Source: the human T2T-CHM13v2.0 reference genome, Homo sapiens. From it: DNA of 64,000 nt. The notes under the pieces were generated by a model. It did not search any database and had not been told where the DNA came from. It saw only the letters and a program-made list of their open reading frames with translations. The position numbers and the translations under genes were made by a program. The stretch lies in NCBI RefSeq assembly GCF_009914755.1, contig NC_060929.1. One strand, written 5' to 3'. Shown in pieces: positions 1 through 15,500 of this stretch. How positions within the stretch are numbered: the first letter of the stretch is position 1; every line of letters begins with the position of its first letter.

Positions 1-368
1 TGAAAGAGCTATGAAAAGCCCTGTGCAGTCTCTGTAAGGATAAGAGACCTCATGGATAGAATGGCTCAGTGAAGTGTCAGCATCAAACACTACACATGTG
101 AATGAGCCAATGTTAGATAATATACCACATTATCATGGCAGATTCATCAATGAACCTAGCCGAGACAACCAGAAGAACTTCCCAGCTGAGCACAGCACAG
201 CCAAAATATCTGACCCACAAATTTGTGAGAAAATTAAATACTTGTTTTAAATTTTGGGATACCCAACAATAGATAATTCAGGCACTCTGTTTTATGATTA
301 TGTGAAATTATATCAAAATTGCCATTTTAAAATCATTATTTTGCAATAAACATATAAATAAATAACGA

Positions 369-708
<340 letters not shown>

Positions 709-1769
709 TTAAGGTTTAGAGTTAGACTGAAAGTGCTATAAAGCTATTTGTAAATTTATTTTTACCAGTTTAATTTACTATCATAAAGTTTTAAAATAAA
801 GATATTTTCCCTTCATTCATCATTCTTTTATTCATACATTATCAGTTGTATTTTCAACGATAAAGTAGAATACAAGTCTATTAAAATATGACTGACAGCA
901 CTTTAAATAAAACATTAGGTTAAAAAGAATGACAGTTTTAAATGTAGAAAATGAGTGTGCAAATTAATTACACAGCCTAATGAACCTGATTACCATGCAT
1001 TTCGCTTTCAGTAGGTATGCAAAAGGAAAGATTATTGATGGGGTGGGGAAGGTGTGAGCAAATGTCTAAGATTGATTTGGTTCTAAGAATTAATTTTTTA
1101 TTTAAAATATTGTCTAGCTAATGAAAGTGATTGTTTCTAAATTCTCACCAAGTCAAATCACTTAAAAAATAGTGTGGTCTAAGCCCTAAACATAGGTATT
1201 GAGTGTGTACCTACAAATGACTATTTGTATATTGCAATTTAATGTATCTCTGTAATAGTTCCATGCACGTATGAAAAAAATACTTATTTTTTTAAGATAA
1301 ACACATATTTACATATTTCAAAAATATTTTTCAAAACAGTGGTTATCTTTTTAAACCATAATTATTCTAATATTATGAGCATATGTTTAAAAAGTAAATA
1401 CAATAGAATAAAAGTGAATAGAATGCATTGTACTCATTTTCTATGCATATTTTCATCAAACTTTCTCCACATTTACTGCATATGCCTATGAGGGTGTGTT
1501 TGTACATATGTAGTGCAATGAATTTCAAAGTGCTCGGATTAGAGAAAAATAATCATAAATTTACATTTGAATTTCAATCTATTAAAATACATAAGATATG
1601 GCCAAAGCAAAAATGAGACAAAATAAATGGAAAAAATATTTTATCATAAAATATAAAAATTTTATGAGGTAAGTATTTAATTCAAGAAGCTGAAAAATAG
1701 AAAATAGCAACTCAAGAAAAGTATGTGAAATGGTTAATGAAGCTAAAAACACAACTTTTATTTTGCTTT

Positions 1770-2076
1770 TTTAATTATTATTATTATTATTATTTTGAGA
1801 CAGAATCTTGCTCTGTTGCCCAGGCTGGAGTGCAGTGGTTCTTTCATAGCTCACTGCCACCTCGGTCTCCTTAGCTCAAGCATCCCCCGACAAGTAGCTG
1901 AGACTTCAAGTAAACACCACCAAAGCTGGCTAATTTTTATATTTTTAAAAATTTTTAGCAGAGATAAGGTCTTGCTATATCATCCAGGCTGGTTTCAAAC
2001 TTCTGAACTGAGGCGACCCTGCCACTTTGGCCTCCCAAAGTGCCAGGATTACAGGCATGAGCCACTGCGCCAGCCC
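1770..2076 (-). mobile_element. Alu SINE (AluJ-like)
   Basis: Reverse-complement Alu with (TTA)n tail; diverged; AACTTTTA on both flanks. Confidence 0.9.
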
Positions 2077-3904
2077 AGAACTTTTAAATCACATACACAT
2101 ACACAAATGGCAAGAGCTATTATATCATGAAAAATGAAAATAAATCTTCCAAAATCAGCCTAACAGTGAGTATCTCAAACACTCACTAGGCCTCCAAATG
2201 TTACTTCTGATAATTTAAAATGGAGATAATGAAAATCATGATTCCTTACATTTGTACAAAGTTTGCTTATGGACCCAATATCTAATTTCCTTCTCACCAT
2301 TACATTTTAGGATACCAAATCATTATAGTCATCCTCAATTTACAATGAGGAAGCCAGAAGGCAGACTTCCAAGAACTTAGTTGAAATTATAGAACTCCAC
2401 TAAGCTTCCATAATCACACCTAACATGAAGACATATCTTATTTAGTTTTAAATATAGTCCTCATAAAATTGCCATAAAATGAAGTATCCATCACAATCAT
2501 AACAACCTTTATGTCACTTGTAATTCATAGCTTATCCCCTTTTATTTGTAAAAGTATTAATTATTTGTAACAGCTTCAAGATGTTATGTGTATAAAACAA
2601 ATATTAAATTAATTAAGCAATATATTATGTGTCTTTTGGCTATAATTTTAGTACAGTGTTTTCTATTGTACTTTAAAAGCTTCCATAAGAAACATACCTA
2701 TTAAAATATCTTTGATAGAACTTCATTTTTATGAGGATTGATACCTTTTAGTGCCTATAAATAATGTTTACATGGAATGTTTACAAGTTACCAAAAGCAC
2801 TTACATAGGTTATTTTTATTTCTCAATATAAATTCTGTAAGAGTGATAGTATATTTATTTTAAAACAGGTAAATACTTACAGAAAGTAACTTTTTATAAA
2901 ATCATACAGCTGTAAAACTTCAAGGCTCAGAACTCAAATACAAGTCTTCTAGGTCTTCAAAACACAGCAACAATGAAACACAGATTCTTTACTGCATTAA
3001 TAAAAATATTTTCAATTCTCTAGGTCTTATAAAGCATACCAAAATAAATGTAAAGCAAATAAATTTGAGCTGAGGAACAAGTAATAAAAATTAGAATTTC
3101 ATTCTGAACAGTTCGCCAATTAAAAAAAAGAGTCACATTAAAATATCAAGAAAAGAAGTGCTTTATGTTTTACTTAAGTAACATTATTGCTGTCATTATA
3201 TCTCTTTAAAAATTTAATTCACACAACAGAAAGTTTAAAAGCCACTTTCTAGTATAGCTAGACTTATTTTCTTAAAACTTAACTAACTTGAGGGGGGTTC
3301 TTTTTAATAATTGACAGGAAGATAAACCTTACATCTACCCAGTTAGGAAAGTAAACTAGTTGTAACATGATAACACTTAAGTAATAGGGCCTGGGATTAT
3401 TTAGAAATAGTGTGTCGAAATTTTCTGAACGTCTTAGGATATTTTTACTTTTCCATATTTAAAGAGAAGTTAATGAATATGATGTTTCATCTATACAGTT
3501 AATTTATTTGTTTTAAAAAATGCTTTAGTTCTATTTTTTGTTAAAATTAACCCATAAATGAAATAATGGATAGTGATGGATAAATTTCTAATTTATATTC
3601 ATTGCAACAAACATACTGACACAAAGCCCAATTTCCTACTTACTTGAATGTTATCTTCTTATAATTAGAAGAAAAGTAAAACTTAATTTCATTATTGTTG
3701 CTCTCGTTGTTAATTACCAGATAGTTTTCTTTTATCTTTTATTATTCTACAATGTTGTTATGCAATAGTAATTGCATTCTTGATGTCTTGATGACATGAC
3801 AATAATTGTGCCTGCTGAGTTAATGAACAAAAATCTAAAATATATAAATATTTTCTCATATAATTAACTAGCCTATAATTTCTAACTTTTAAAAACTAGT
3901 TTCC

Positions 3905-4108
3905 CAACCCTGATCAACATAGTGAGACTCCATCACTACAAAAAAAAAGAAAAAAAAAATTAGCCAGTCTTGGTGGATGGTGGCACATGACTGTAGTCCC
4001 AGCTACTTGGAAGGCTGAACTGGGAGGATCATTTGAGCCTATAATTTGAGGCTGCAGTGAATTATGGTTATGCCATTGCACTCCAGCCTGGGTCACAAAG
4101 TGAGACAG
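3905..4108 (+). mobile_element. 5'-truncated Alu (AluJ-like)
   Basis: End of left arm plus right arm; flanked by AAAACTAGTTT(T)CC direct repeat. Confidence 0.85.
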
Positions 4109-6783
4109 AAAACTAGTTTTCCTTTTATATGAAATAGGTCAGTAGTTTCTGCTTTTCCAAAATGAAGAACTATTATTAGTTTTGACCAGAAAATTAAGAA
4201 ATAATATATTTGATTTTCTGCATTTTATTAAATGTATTTATTTTCGAATACAGTTTTAAACCAGATCAATGTTTGCTATACGGACGTGATATAAATTCAG
4301 TCAAAGTCAAATCTACTTAACATTTATTTAATTTGTGGGGCTTTATCATGGGTAAAAGTATAGTTTTAATGAAATTATATGTTCCCCTCCTCCATTACAA
4401 CCTACAAAACAGGGATTTTCTACTTTTAAATTTTAACAGCTCTATGATAGCACTCATATTCTGAATTGATAAGTTCAAAGGCTAAACACCAAAACAGACA
4501 ACAAACAAACAAAAAACAATAAAACTGTTGTTAAATAGTTTCTTTTCTAAATCAGTTTCTTTTAAAATGGAAAACATTGGAATAATGTTTTAGGCGTTTG
4601 AAATAACTGCACTAATAGAAATAAATCTATCATCATTTCAATGAAAAATCTATGAAAAAGTAACATATTTCTTAGTTGTCAGTAGGAGTTGATGCATTTA
4701 TATCGGAGGGTAAATAAATGCAAAATATTCACACAAGAAACCTCAAAACTCAAAATATCTTAAAGAAAAACTCAGTTAACTACAACAAGAAATATAACTC
4801 TTGATTTCCAGATGCTTTCTTTTGGGTAAAGAAATATTTATCTGATATTGAAAAAGTATTGTCATAAACCTTGTAAAATATTTCTTCTTATTGAAAATCA
4901 CATGAAATGTGTTACTTTTGTTTGAGCAGGTATTGTTTTGGGGTTATACATGCATAGTCAATGTTTCTTGCCTTAGAGTTTACAAAAATCAATTATAATC
5001 TATATTCTACAATTTCTATTTTCAGAGGAAAATTAATATATTCTTATCTAAGGATTATAGTTACGTATTTCTGATTTTCTTTTCTTAATTCACCAGAAAC
5101 TTTGTTTACCAAATAGCCTCAATAATCTCCATGATCTGGGCATAGGCATCCAAAGTGCAAACTGACACTTCATTTGCAAGTCTGGATTAATTTAATAATG
5201 AATTTTTGGTTACTGTAAAATATATATTTGATTGGAATAAATGGAATTTTGTTTGAGTTAATCCACTTACATACCAGTGAAAATTTGTTGCTTCTTACAA
5301 AAAGAAAATGTTTATTCTTATCATTTAAATATTATTCTTGGACTTTTTATTTTATTTATCAAAACTTTTTATGTTACCTTATACATGTGAGAAATAATAT
5401 TTGTATGTCAATTATTCTGTGTAACATCAAATGCTGCAGTGACTATAAACTTATGAATATTCAAATAATAAAATATTAAACAAGTAAAATGTCCACTAAT
5501 TTCCTTTGCATACATTAATCTTCAAATATTCAAACTCAAATGGATTTAGTACCTTACAGCTAAATTATTAAGCAACACAGAATTAGTCAAATGTGTTTGT
5601 TCATGCTTTTGATTTAATCATAATAAATTTCTCTTAACAATTAACAGGATGGCTTGGAAGAGCAGAAGCAATCATATTTGACTCTCTTAATTATTTTTTT
5701 CTGATCCTACTAGTCATGTTTATTAATATAAATTTATATTCTGAGTCTCCTGCTGTTGAACTCCTTTCAAAAGTTAGCAGGTAAAATTTGCCAATGCATG
5801 AAAGCGCTGTAAAGTAACACATAATGCTCCTGAAATATTGTATTGCAGCCAAAAGAGAAAGAAGTCAGCATCCTGTATCACACCTGCGTCTGTGTTTACT
5901 AAAGCTAATGGAGGGTGAAATTTGTTTCTTTAGATAATTTTCAGTAAACTGATTACCCTCGTCAATTCTACCTTCATGATTCTAACTGACTTCCTGTTCT
6001 GTTCTCCTTTGTTCCATTTTTCAGTTCAGTGTCTCAGTCAAACAATATTCTCTATAAGAGGGAATCAGAAAATGAAATTGAAATTATGAGCAATTTAAAG
6101 TGATGCAAAGCTGCTGATTTTATCCATTCCTTAAATGGTTCAAAGATAAGTAAGCCATTCCTCATTTGAAAGTTGGAGTTGTTATTTAACATTTACTCCT
6201 GCAAATTTTATCTAGAGAAAATAAAATGACAATGAACCAAAACATCAACAAGTCACATTTTATTTATAAACTGCTTCTTGGGGAAAAACGAGGCATATTT
6301 GTATCAACTTCCCTGCAGTCATCCTTCTTACATAATATTTTATCATTACTAATTTAAATTGCAGCAGTATCTCTTACTGGAGTATTGACTTATAAACCTA
6401 TTAATAGGAGACAGGAGGAGCCAGTAACAAATTGCAGCTGGTAACTGCTTCGAAACAGAAAGAAATGACTGAGCAGATACAAAGTATAAAGGGCTGAATA
6501 GAAAACTACTAGCAATTGATAACAATTAATAACATGTATAAATACAACTTTACTGCTTAATACTCTGGAGAATTTCTCAATTTCTTCAAACAATTAAAAT
6601 ATTTCTAAGGCTTTATTACATTTCACCTCATCAATACCACTTTTCATGACAAGGATCATCACATAGAAGTCCTTTTGGAATGTGTGTCAACAGAATGAGT
6701 AAGTGAGGAAGTAAATGAAAAGTGGAAAGAAAAAAAAAAGCTAACAATTTTTCAATGCCTACTAATTAAGGTGCCAGCCATTG

Positions 6784-6784
<1 letters not shown>

Positions 6785-6833
<49 letters not shown>
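6785..6833. repeat. (TA)n microsatellite
   Basis: Pure TA run. Confidence 0.97.
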
Positions 6834-6839
<6 letters not shown>

Positions 6840-6840
<1 letters not shown>

Positions 6841-6990
6841 ATATGTTCTCATTTAATCATCATGAGAACCTATGCAGTTTATACCATTACTTTTCTCATG
6901 TTGAAGAAAATGTGGAACTGAGAGCTTAAGTAACTCCCTCAGGATCTCAGATGTGGTAAGTGGCAGAGCCAAAGTTCACACTCTTAGCAA
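6840..6990. mobile_element. MIR SINE fragment
   Basis: CATTTAATC...GGAACTGAGAGCTTAAGTAACT...GTAAGTGGCAGAGCC core-like sequence. Confidence 0.6.
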
Positions 6991-7974
6991 TTATTCAATG
7001 ATGCACTATTACCAGTGAAGGACTGTGGAAATTCCACTTGCAATTGGAAAGCTGTCAATCTGTTCTCTATCTCTGATAGAATCTGAAAAGACATTTTATC
7101 AAAACATTTGAAAACTCTATTTCACATACTCACATGCATCTGAAAATATAAGCTTTTGTTCTTCATATTATATTAGGATGTCATAATTTATAATTTCCTC
7201 TCATGTTTTAAAAATGGTGCTATCACATTACAGCTAGTAAGTGCTAGGAATATTCACCCTAAAAGGAGATTAATTATGTCGGTACTGATTGTAATAAGAA
7301 ATAACATAATTGAGACCCTTTAATAACAGTTTCCTGCAGTAGGATTTCAAAACTCCTCCAATATATTAATACTGAAAACATTAAAATGTTGCTAGGTAGG
7401 TTTGTTTTTTCAAGATAAGAAATCCTTTCTGTCTCAAAAAAGCTGTAAAATAATATATATTGCATAAGTTTTATGTCACATTTTAAAATACAAACCACTA
7501 AATAATAAAAGTCACATTGCAAATAGTTTATTGTTATCCTAGACTTCATAAAAAGTACATTTCTGAGATGCAAAATGAGCATTCCATGAACTAAGAATGG
7601 ATTTTCAGGCATGAAAAATTCATTTTTGCTTTAAGAATACTAAAGAATAAATGGCTTATGTGTTTTATTTACTCATGAATCTTTGGGATTGTGAATACAC
7701 CAAGTTATTATATATACAGAAATATGAAGTTTAGATTGCTTTTCATCATCAGAACAGATGCCATTTGCAATTCATGAAATATGTTGTTCACAACAAATTA
7801 TTTCCAACATCATCTGTCCTCTATGAACTCTATTAAAGTCCAAAGGCTTTGAAAATAAACTAGCTTAATAATAAGCATTTTGCAATAAACAAATTCATTC
7901 AGACATTTATTCAGTTATTTTGTTAATTTATCACTGTTAGTCTTCCCCTGCCCCCAAACACACACGAATATACA

Positions 7975-8110
7975 CCAAGCTGTGATTCGTAATATTTGCT
8001 GATTTTCAAGGTGTAAATGATGTCGTCATGGCTGATCTCAAGCTATTAACATGACATCACTGAAAAGGGAGTTGTGAAGAGATACACAAAAAATCGGCTC
8101 TCTCAATTCC
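7975..8110. mobile_element. DNA transposon fragment (MER63-like, hAT)
   Basis: AATATTTGCTGATTTTCAAGGTGTAAAT...ATGGCTGATCTCAAGCTA resembles recalled MER63 consensus. Confidence 0.5.
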
Positions 8111-9949
8111 CTGTTTGTGCTGTCTCCAAGGTGGTTTAGGAAAAGGTGACATTTATGTTCTCACTGTGGGCCACTGTCTCAGGCTTTTTGGCTTGAGGGT
8201 GGGGCTTTGTCAGGGACTCGCCCTTTTCTGTTGAGAATTTCTCTGCCTCCTGTCCCTGTCAAAACTACTGCTTGTAATTTATGCTGAATAATAATCTTTA
8301 CATTAGTCATGTTTATCTAATTGGAGATTAACTGCATCTAATTTTTTACACACACACGTTCTCTCTGCAGTCTACACTTCAAGACATGAATGCCTTCATA
8401 TAATGTATTTTGCTTATTTATTTTCCAAATTAGAGAGTGCCTACACAGTTTAGGCATTTATAAAAAAAAAAGAAAAAGAAAAAGAAATGGCCATATACAG
8501 TTAGAATTGTATCATGAGACAAAAGTGAAATAATTATATTGTAATCCTATATATTGGAGTCAACTGAATTTTTATTCACTTCCTTATTTAGAGTTTCAAA
8601 ATAATTTGGTTGTGAGGCTAGTCTAAATTTCAGGATAATAGATATTTATATTGATAATAGTGTGAACAGAAATCACAATTACATATCAGTGAGTGAACAG
8701 CATTAATAATCTGGGAGTGTAGGATGAAATTTCTACAAATCAAAAATCATTTTCTGTTATTATGTCTCTGAAAAGAATACTCTAAAAGACACATTTTAAA
8801 TCCACACAGGATTCTTGTCTTGCTTCATTAACAAAATAACCTAAGCAATTGATGTTTCCCAAAAATATTTCAAGAGTAAAGATATAGGAATAATGTGAAC
8901 TAACTTATGTTTAATTATAATTAAACTTAAAATAAATTCTATAAATAAATTCAATACATAAATTATAATTAATAAAAACTAAAAAATGCCAAGTGTTTCT
9001 GTTGTTATCTTTATTTGTTTTTCATTCACATGTAGTTTCTTTGCTGAGGAATAATAAGTAAGTTTTTACTGGGTGTCTGAGCATGCTCTCATAGTTGAAG
9101 GAGCACTGGTCACCCTGATCACCAGTAGTCAGCGTTATCGGTGCTCTGCATTACCACTAAGTTTAGAAAAGCCTTCATTAGGAGAATATTTCAAAAATTT
9201 CAGACTGCATTTTGTTAGTTTGCTTTTACTAAAGAAGAGAAGAACATTACTAAAGAAAAGAATGAGGGATGGAAAATATGTGGGGAGTGAGAAACAGGAA
9301 ACTGCCAATACCCAGGTCAGGGAGGGCAGCAGTGATAGAAGTTATGAATATAATTTGAAAGCAGAGCCCTCAGGATTTACATATATTTTGGAATATGAGG
9401 AAATGGAGGATTTGTTTTGTCAATAATTTTTGGCCCGAGTATCTGTAGAAGTGATGGCACATGTTACTGAGATGGAGAGCAAATGGGCAGGTGTGTTTTG
9501 GTAGTAGGATCTTACCAGCTTAGGTTTCTTAGATAGGGATGGACTGAATAGAGATAATTTTCATGGCCTCTTCTTAGTTATGTAATACGACTAAAGTAGG
9601 TGTTCCGCAAATTCCTGGGCAAAGGTAATCAAGACAGTTTCTGGCCAGATATCAAAATAATGTAAATCACAGTGGCTTTATATACTATTCAAAACATGAG
9701 TACCCACAAAAATGCAATACACATATGTATATGAGAATTTATCCTTAGTTGTTTTTTATAGTATCAGTCAACCTTTTACTGGACCATCTGTGAGAAGTCT
9801 CCAGTCATTTATACTGAAGACTCGTGTAAAGAAATGGAAGATTTAGTCACCTTTGCTATGGCAGATTTAACTTATTTAAAGAGATAAATCATTATGCATG
9901 CCAATAATAAAAATAATTATTTATCTGCAATTGACCAAGTGTTATCTCT

Positions 9950-12500
9950 GATTCACTCTACCATCTTAGAATCCATAGATATTTGTACTGTTCTTAGAAA
10001 GGAAAAGACAACATGTTCTTAAACCATAGCTGCTCTGGTCACTGACACTGGATTTAAATCCAACATAATCTATGACAACTTTCCATAAGTAGTGGTGATA
10101 CAGAATGCCAGTCAATCAGTGCTACTACTTGAAATCCACACTTCTTATAATCATATATGTGACCAACAATGTGCTTGTTCAGATAGACAGTATCCTACAA
10201 TGCAGAGCTTCTCTCTTTGACAATTAATAAACTTACGTCTTGTTTCTGATATTGGATAGTAACCTCTTCGTTCCATATTTGGAGCATCCATCTTAATTGT
10301 TTTGAAGACTATTACTTGGAAGCATTACATGGGAATTTTGGACATCCAAGCATGATAGTTCATCACTTTGGCCCAAATTTAGTTGTTCTCACTGCCAGGT
10401 AAATTGATTTCAATAGCGATCTCGTGCTGAATTATTTCGTTGAGCTGCCTTATTGATTTTGTTGTTGTTGTTGTTGTTAAGGGTTTTAAACATATAGTTC
10501 TTGGCCTTGAGAAAAGGCAAAAAAATGTAGTAAATTAACTAAACATACTATTTCAGGAGTCTTTTCATTAAGTTTGTGGGGAAAAGACTAGTTAATAGGA
10601 GACGTTAAAAAACAGAATCCAAAAATGTTTCAATGTTCAGAGGTAGACCCAACATCCAAAGTAAAAGTAACATTGTTCTCTTTTTTGTAAATGAGATGCT
10701 ATCTGAAAAGGAGACTTGGTGAGAATATTGAACTAGAATGGCTAATTGCCAAGTGAGAAGGTCTACATCAAGTGGCAAAACATTTACAATGAGTGCTAGA
10801 AGATAAAAAAAAAGTATGAAAACCAGAAAAAAACATAAGACCCTTTAGATAAAATTACCCTTTCCTGAAAGAAAAACAAGACTGATTTGTTTACTATTTT
10901 TAAAGAATTGTAAGCCTCTCAATCTGGATGCCTACAAAGATTACAAATAGAAAATTCACTGAAAACTTAAATGTTCTCTACATTGATTAAGAAACTGAAG
11001 GACAAATGTAAAAAATATCATGGAATGACATCACTCTGTGAGAAAATGCGATCTTTAACAATTTTCTCTCTCTACATTGTCAGAGAAAATTGTCCACAAA
11101 TATAAATGCACAAAATACAGTTTTCTTCCTTTCTTTTTTTTTTTTTTTTCTTGAGACTGAGTCTCACTCTGTCGCCCAGGCTGGAGTGCTTCTCCTGCCT
11201 CAGCCTCCAGTTTAGCTGGTATTACAGGTGTGCACCACCACACCTGGCTAATTTTTGTATTTTTAGTAGAGACATGGTTTCATCATGTTTGTCAGGCTGA
11301 TCTCAAACTCCTAACCTCATGATCCGCCCACCTCGGCCTCCCAAAGTGCTGGGATTACAGGCAGAAACCAACGCGCCCAGACACAGCTTTCTTATTGACA
11401 AAGGTGCAGTCATAGCTGAACAATACTGCATCATTATCAGATCACAAGTACTAAAACTACTTGTGAAGTACTAATGTTTGTCAATTCTAAGTTATTTCAT
11501 AAACTGTAGTCAATCGGGATGATTATTAGAAAAATAATCCTTTATTCTCTGTGACACAACCCCTGTAAGTTTAATGGTGATTTAATTTACAAACGGAACT
11601 GCCAGTTAAACTGTCTTTCAGATGTGCTATTAAGAGAAGTTTAGATTTTTTCTGTCTCCACAATCAAATTAGAATTGATCTTGACAATAATATACATACA
11701 CAGTGAATGTCTCAAGAAATAATCCAATAATTAAATATGATTTCAGAATAGATATTAGCAAGGACTCCATGATTATAGACACATTTGGAGCTATAATATT
11801 TTAGAATAGGTCTTCTTTGGTTATCATAAACTTCTATTTTATGTAGATGAACATTCAGGTTATGCTTTATGAACATTAACTCAACACAGCACATGTCAAA
11901 GATGCGTTGCTTATCATAGCCTATCTCTTTATCCAAGAGCCAAAGTATATTCTCCTGTCCTCAGCAAATATGCTTCGTATGATAAATTAAACAAAGCACC
12001 TTCAGCTCTTGTAGAATCACCTGCATATATAATGATATCACATCAATTTTTATTAAATAAAAACACTTTTTTACCTTGAGCAAATCATCATGCTAAAGAG
12101 GCTAATTGGACCTAAGCCCTTATCAAAGTGCATTATAAGACAGCAAAACAAATCCATAGAGAAGTTCAAAGTTCTCAACAAAGATAAATGGAATCTGTTG
12201 CCAATTCTAAAAGAAAACATTAGGAATGGTCATTTTGTAAAAATCCATGAGGGATATACCTGGGAATGCCTGGTAGCATCAGATAGTATTATGGATATTT
12301 TCTAAAATTCTCATAAGACAACTTTTAACAATAGGAATTCATTTGAAGTGATATTAAGTATCACTAGAGAAAATTTTTCTGGGTTAACAGATGATGTGGC
12401 CAGTTCATGCACTAATTGTCCAATGTAATTCTAAAAATTATTATATAAAGGTGGAACATGGTAATATGTCCAGAAGGACACATACAACCATTTCCTCTTT
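9950..12500 (+). mobile_element. Ancient Gypsy/Ty3-like LTR-retrotransposon pol remnant (RT, RNase H, integrase), interrupted by an Alu
   Basis: Colinear decayed motifs: P*VVVIQN...VTNNVLVQID/QYP (RT, ~10083-10196); DA.EK.LG...SGKTFTMSARR and FTIF..CKPL (RNase H, ~10695-10920); W...KLLFYVDEHSGY (integrase core, ~11785-11865); W...SKNYYIKVEHGNMSRR (integrase C-terminus, ~12397-12477). Confidence 0.6.
11129..11381 (-). mobile_element. Alu (AluS) with internal deletion in the right arm
   Basis: Poly-T then GAGTCTCACTCTGTCGCCCAGGCTGGAGTG joined directly to CTTCTCCTGCCTCAGCC; flanks ACAG(T/C)TTTCTT. Confidence 0.92.
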
Positions 12501-15500
12501 GTGTTATGAATATAAATATGTAAAATTGATAATTTTTTCTTATTTTGTGGATGTATTGAAGCAACCTCACTCATATAAATCTAAATATAGTTCACATATT
12601 TATTTTTATTTATCTAAAAAGTGTCTAAGAGTTGGTCATCACTAACAGTTTGGGATGGACTTCTGCTGGATATTTTTCTCCGTCAATATTCACAAACATG
12701 AATGTATAAAAAGAATTACATGCAAGGATTAGCAATGTCTGCTTTTTATATTAATAAACAAATTAACAAATAACCAGTGTAGACAAACTTGGTAAAAGAT
12801 AAGTTGAAGATCATGGTTTAGGCCAGGAAGAATCCTAACTTCCTGTTCTGTGTCCGCCTGTTTAAATCTGAATTTTCCAGCTGCAAAGAGCAGTTCTAAC
12901 CTGAATTATCCACCCGTATATAGAAATAGAAAATACAACAGATTGAAAGGATGATAGGCTTTAATTAATTTAGAAAATATAGTCCTAAGCATATTTTGGT
13001 GTTTAATTTATAAGATAAATTTTTGTCTAGAGAAGCTAAAATGAGGATAAGATCCTCCCTGTGATTTCCTCCCTATAATCCTTAAGCGCTCCTCCTTACC
13101 ACACATCCTCAAGCTATTTGTTCTATCTTAGTATTTGGACTTAAGAGCCACGCCTGTATTCTGCATTCTAGCATATCACAGTGTTAATCCTGAAACTAAA
13201 CTTAATCCATTAAAAATCAGCTCTTCGGTGGACAGTAAAAAGATGTGCATTTTCAGTGTCACTCAAAGACCTTTGAAATGACCAAAAAAGAAAAAAGGAT
13301 ATAGAATCAGTATTTTATAAAAATATCCAAAGACCTGAGGAAATGCTCACCGTACATATTTTGTGATACATGATACTATATACAACGTGTGTATAGTAAA
13401 TATTCAATGTTTAAAGTGTGTGTGCATGTGTGTATGTGTATGGAGGAAGGAAAATAATCACAAACATCAACATTATGATAATCAATATCCCTAGAATATG
13501 GTAATATGACTTTTATTGTATTTATATTACACATTTTTTAGCTTACAGTTCCTCCATACTAAACATATATTATTTTTATAAGAAGAAAATGTAAACAAAT
13601 TTTATTTACATTTAAGGATAAAATTTGTCATGATTATTCTGAGGTATTTCAGTTTTATAAATGAATACATTTATTGTTTTAAACATTAATGAGCTTGTAA
13701 AATATTTCATAATTTACTGTATTCTACCGCAGAAGAAACTCTCAGTTATATAAAATGCTTGTTTATGGTAGAAAATAAAACAGAGAAAGATTTATACAGT
13801 TTCGCACCCATTTAATACTAGCAGAGTAAAATGGAGTGCGTTATCAGTTCTTAGCCAAAATTTACTATTCAAAAGTTACATTTTACTTATTGCTGTTGTT
13901 GATCAAGAATGCTTTATTTGGGGGGAGAGAGTAATGGACAAATGTTTAATCTTCATAAATCATAAATTGAAGAAATCAGATGAGAATAAAAATTCTGTTG
14001 TGGGGAAACATTAAGGTTAAAGTCCAATTAATATTCTCTAACGAAAATGATTGTTACCTTTGAACTGAAATCAATTATTTGTGAACATTATGGCAGTATT
14101 TCAGACAAAAAACAAATATGAAAATAAAACTTTAAAAATTGATATGTGTGTCTTAATGACATGGTATGAAATTTACTAAATTCAAATGTCATCAAATTAG
14201 TGTAAATTCATAGAATATATTCCACTTTTTAAAAAGCTTACTTCAGATATTAAATACATATTATTTGTCATATATGTGGGTAGGAGGAGTTTAAAAGTAA
14301 CATGACGTTGAGGTGTTTATGTGAGTTTAGCTTATGTGAGAGAGAGAGGGAATGGAGAATCTGTGTGTGGGAAGGAGGGAGGTAGCTCTGTTATGTCCAA
14401 TGAGTGTGAATATGGGTGTGAATGAGCATGAGGGTAAAAAGGTGCCAGTATAAGAAGGTGGCAGTAGTTGTTCATGTGTTACTGACCCCACTGTTCTGTA
14501 AAATTAAAGCTGGGATTAAGTATGCTAATGTATCTTATCACTAAACACTTCTGACTAGTGATCTACAAGGTATGTTATTTAAAAAGGATTTTATTAAATG
14601 AATTTCTTTAACGGTTCAATCCAAACTTTTGCAAAGGATATCTGTATTCATATAATACCTATTGCCATCCTAACGAACTGAGGAGGCACACGCTGTTGTA
14701 AACATGTGTATGTGGATAGGATATTGTATCCACCAGCTGCAAAATATTATCTTCAAACAATGTGTTTTGAGAAATGTTGGTGAATAAAGATGAAGTATGT
14801 GTAATTTTCAGAATATATAGTGTCCTTCCATAGTGTATCATGTATATGGTAGTAGTATCAACTGAAATTCCTGCACTTCTTTTCCTTAAAAGGCACATTT
14901 ATATTTTCCTGCTGATCTCACTTCAATTTCATAGAACCTTCTCTGACATTTGTAGGCACCCTTGCATACTAACGCTTATGATCCCATCATCCCCTATTTT
15001 TTACCATCACCATGCCATGTTTATTGGCATTGTTTAGTAACCAATTACATACATATTTATGTAGACCCTAGAAATTACTTTCCTTGATGCAGGGACTCTC
15101 TCTTATCTTTATATTCCCAGCCATTGAGCATACTACTTGGTGATTACAAGGAACTCAAAAATGTTTGCTGAGGGAATGACGAGTGACTGAACATTCTTCC
15201 ACAAAACTGCTTCCATGGACAGAAAGATTGGTAGACATTTCATTTTTCACTAAAAGTTCAAAAAATGAAACTCTGAATGTTAGCAATTTCAAAACCAACA
15301 AGTCACTAATAATCACAATCTGTGTGCCATATCATAAATCAGAAGAGCCAACATCCAATCATGAACTCTGGGATAGTAGATATAATCTTGAATTAACTTG
15401 AACATATAAGATGAATAATGTGTCTGGTTGCATTGCATTCATTGTAAGCAGAAGCTAGGCAGTCATAGAAAGGAAAGTTAATTGAATTTTTCAGAAGATT

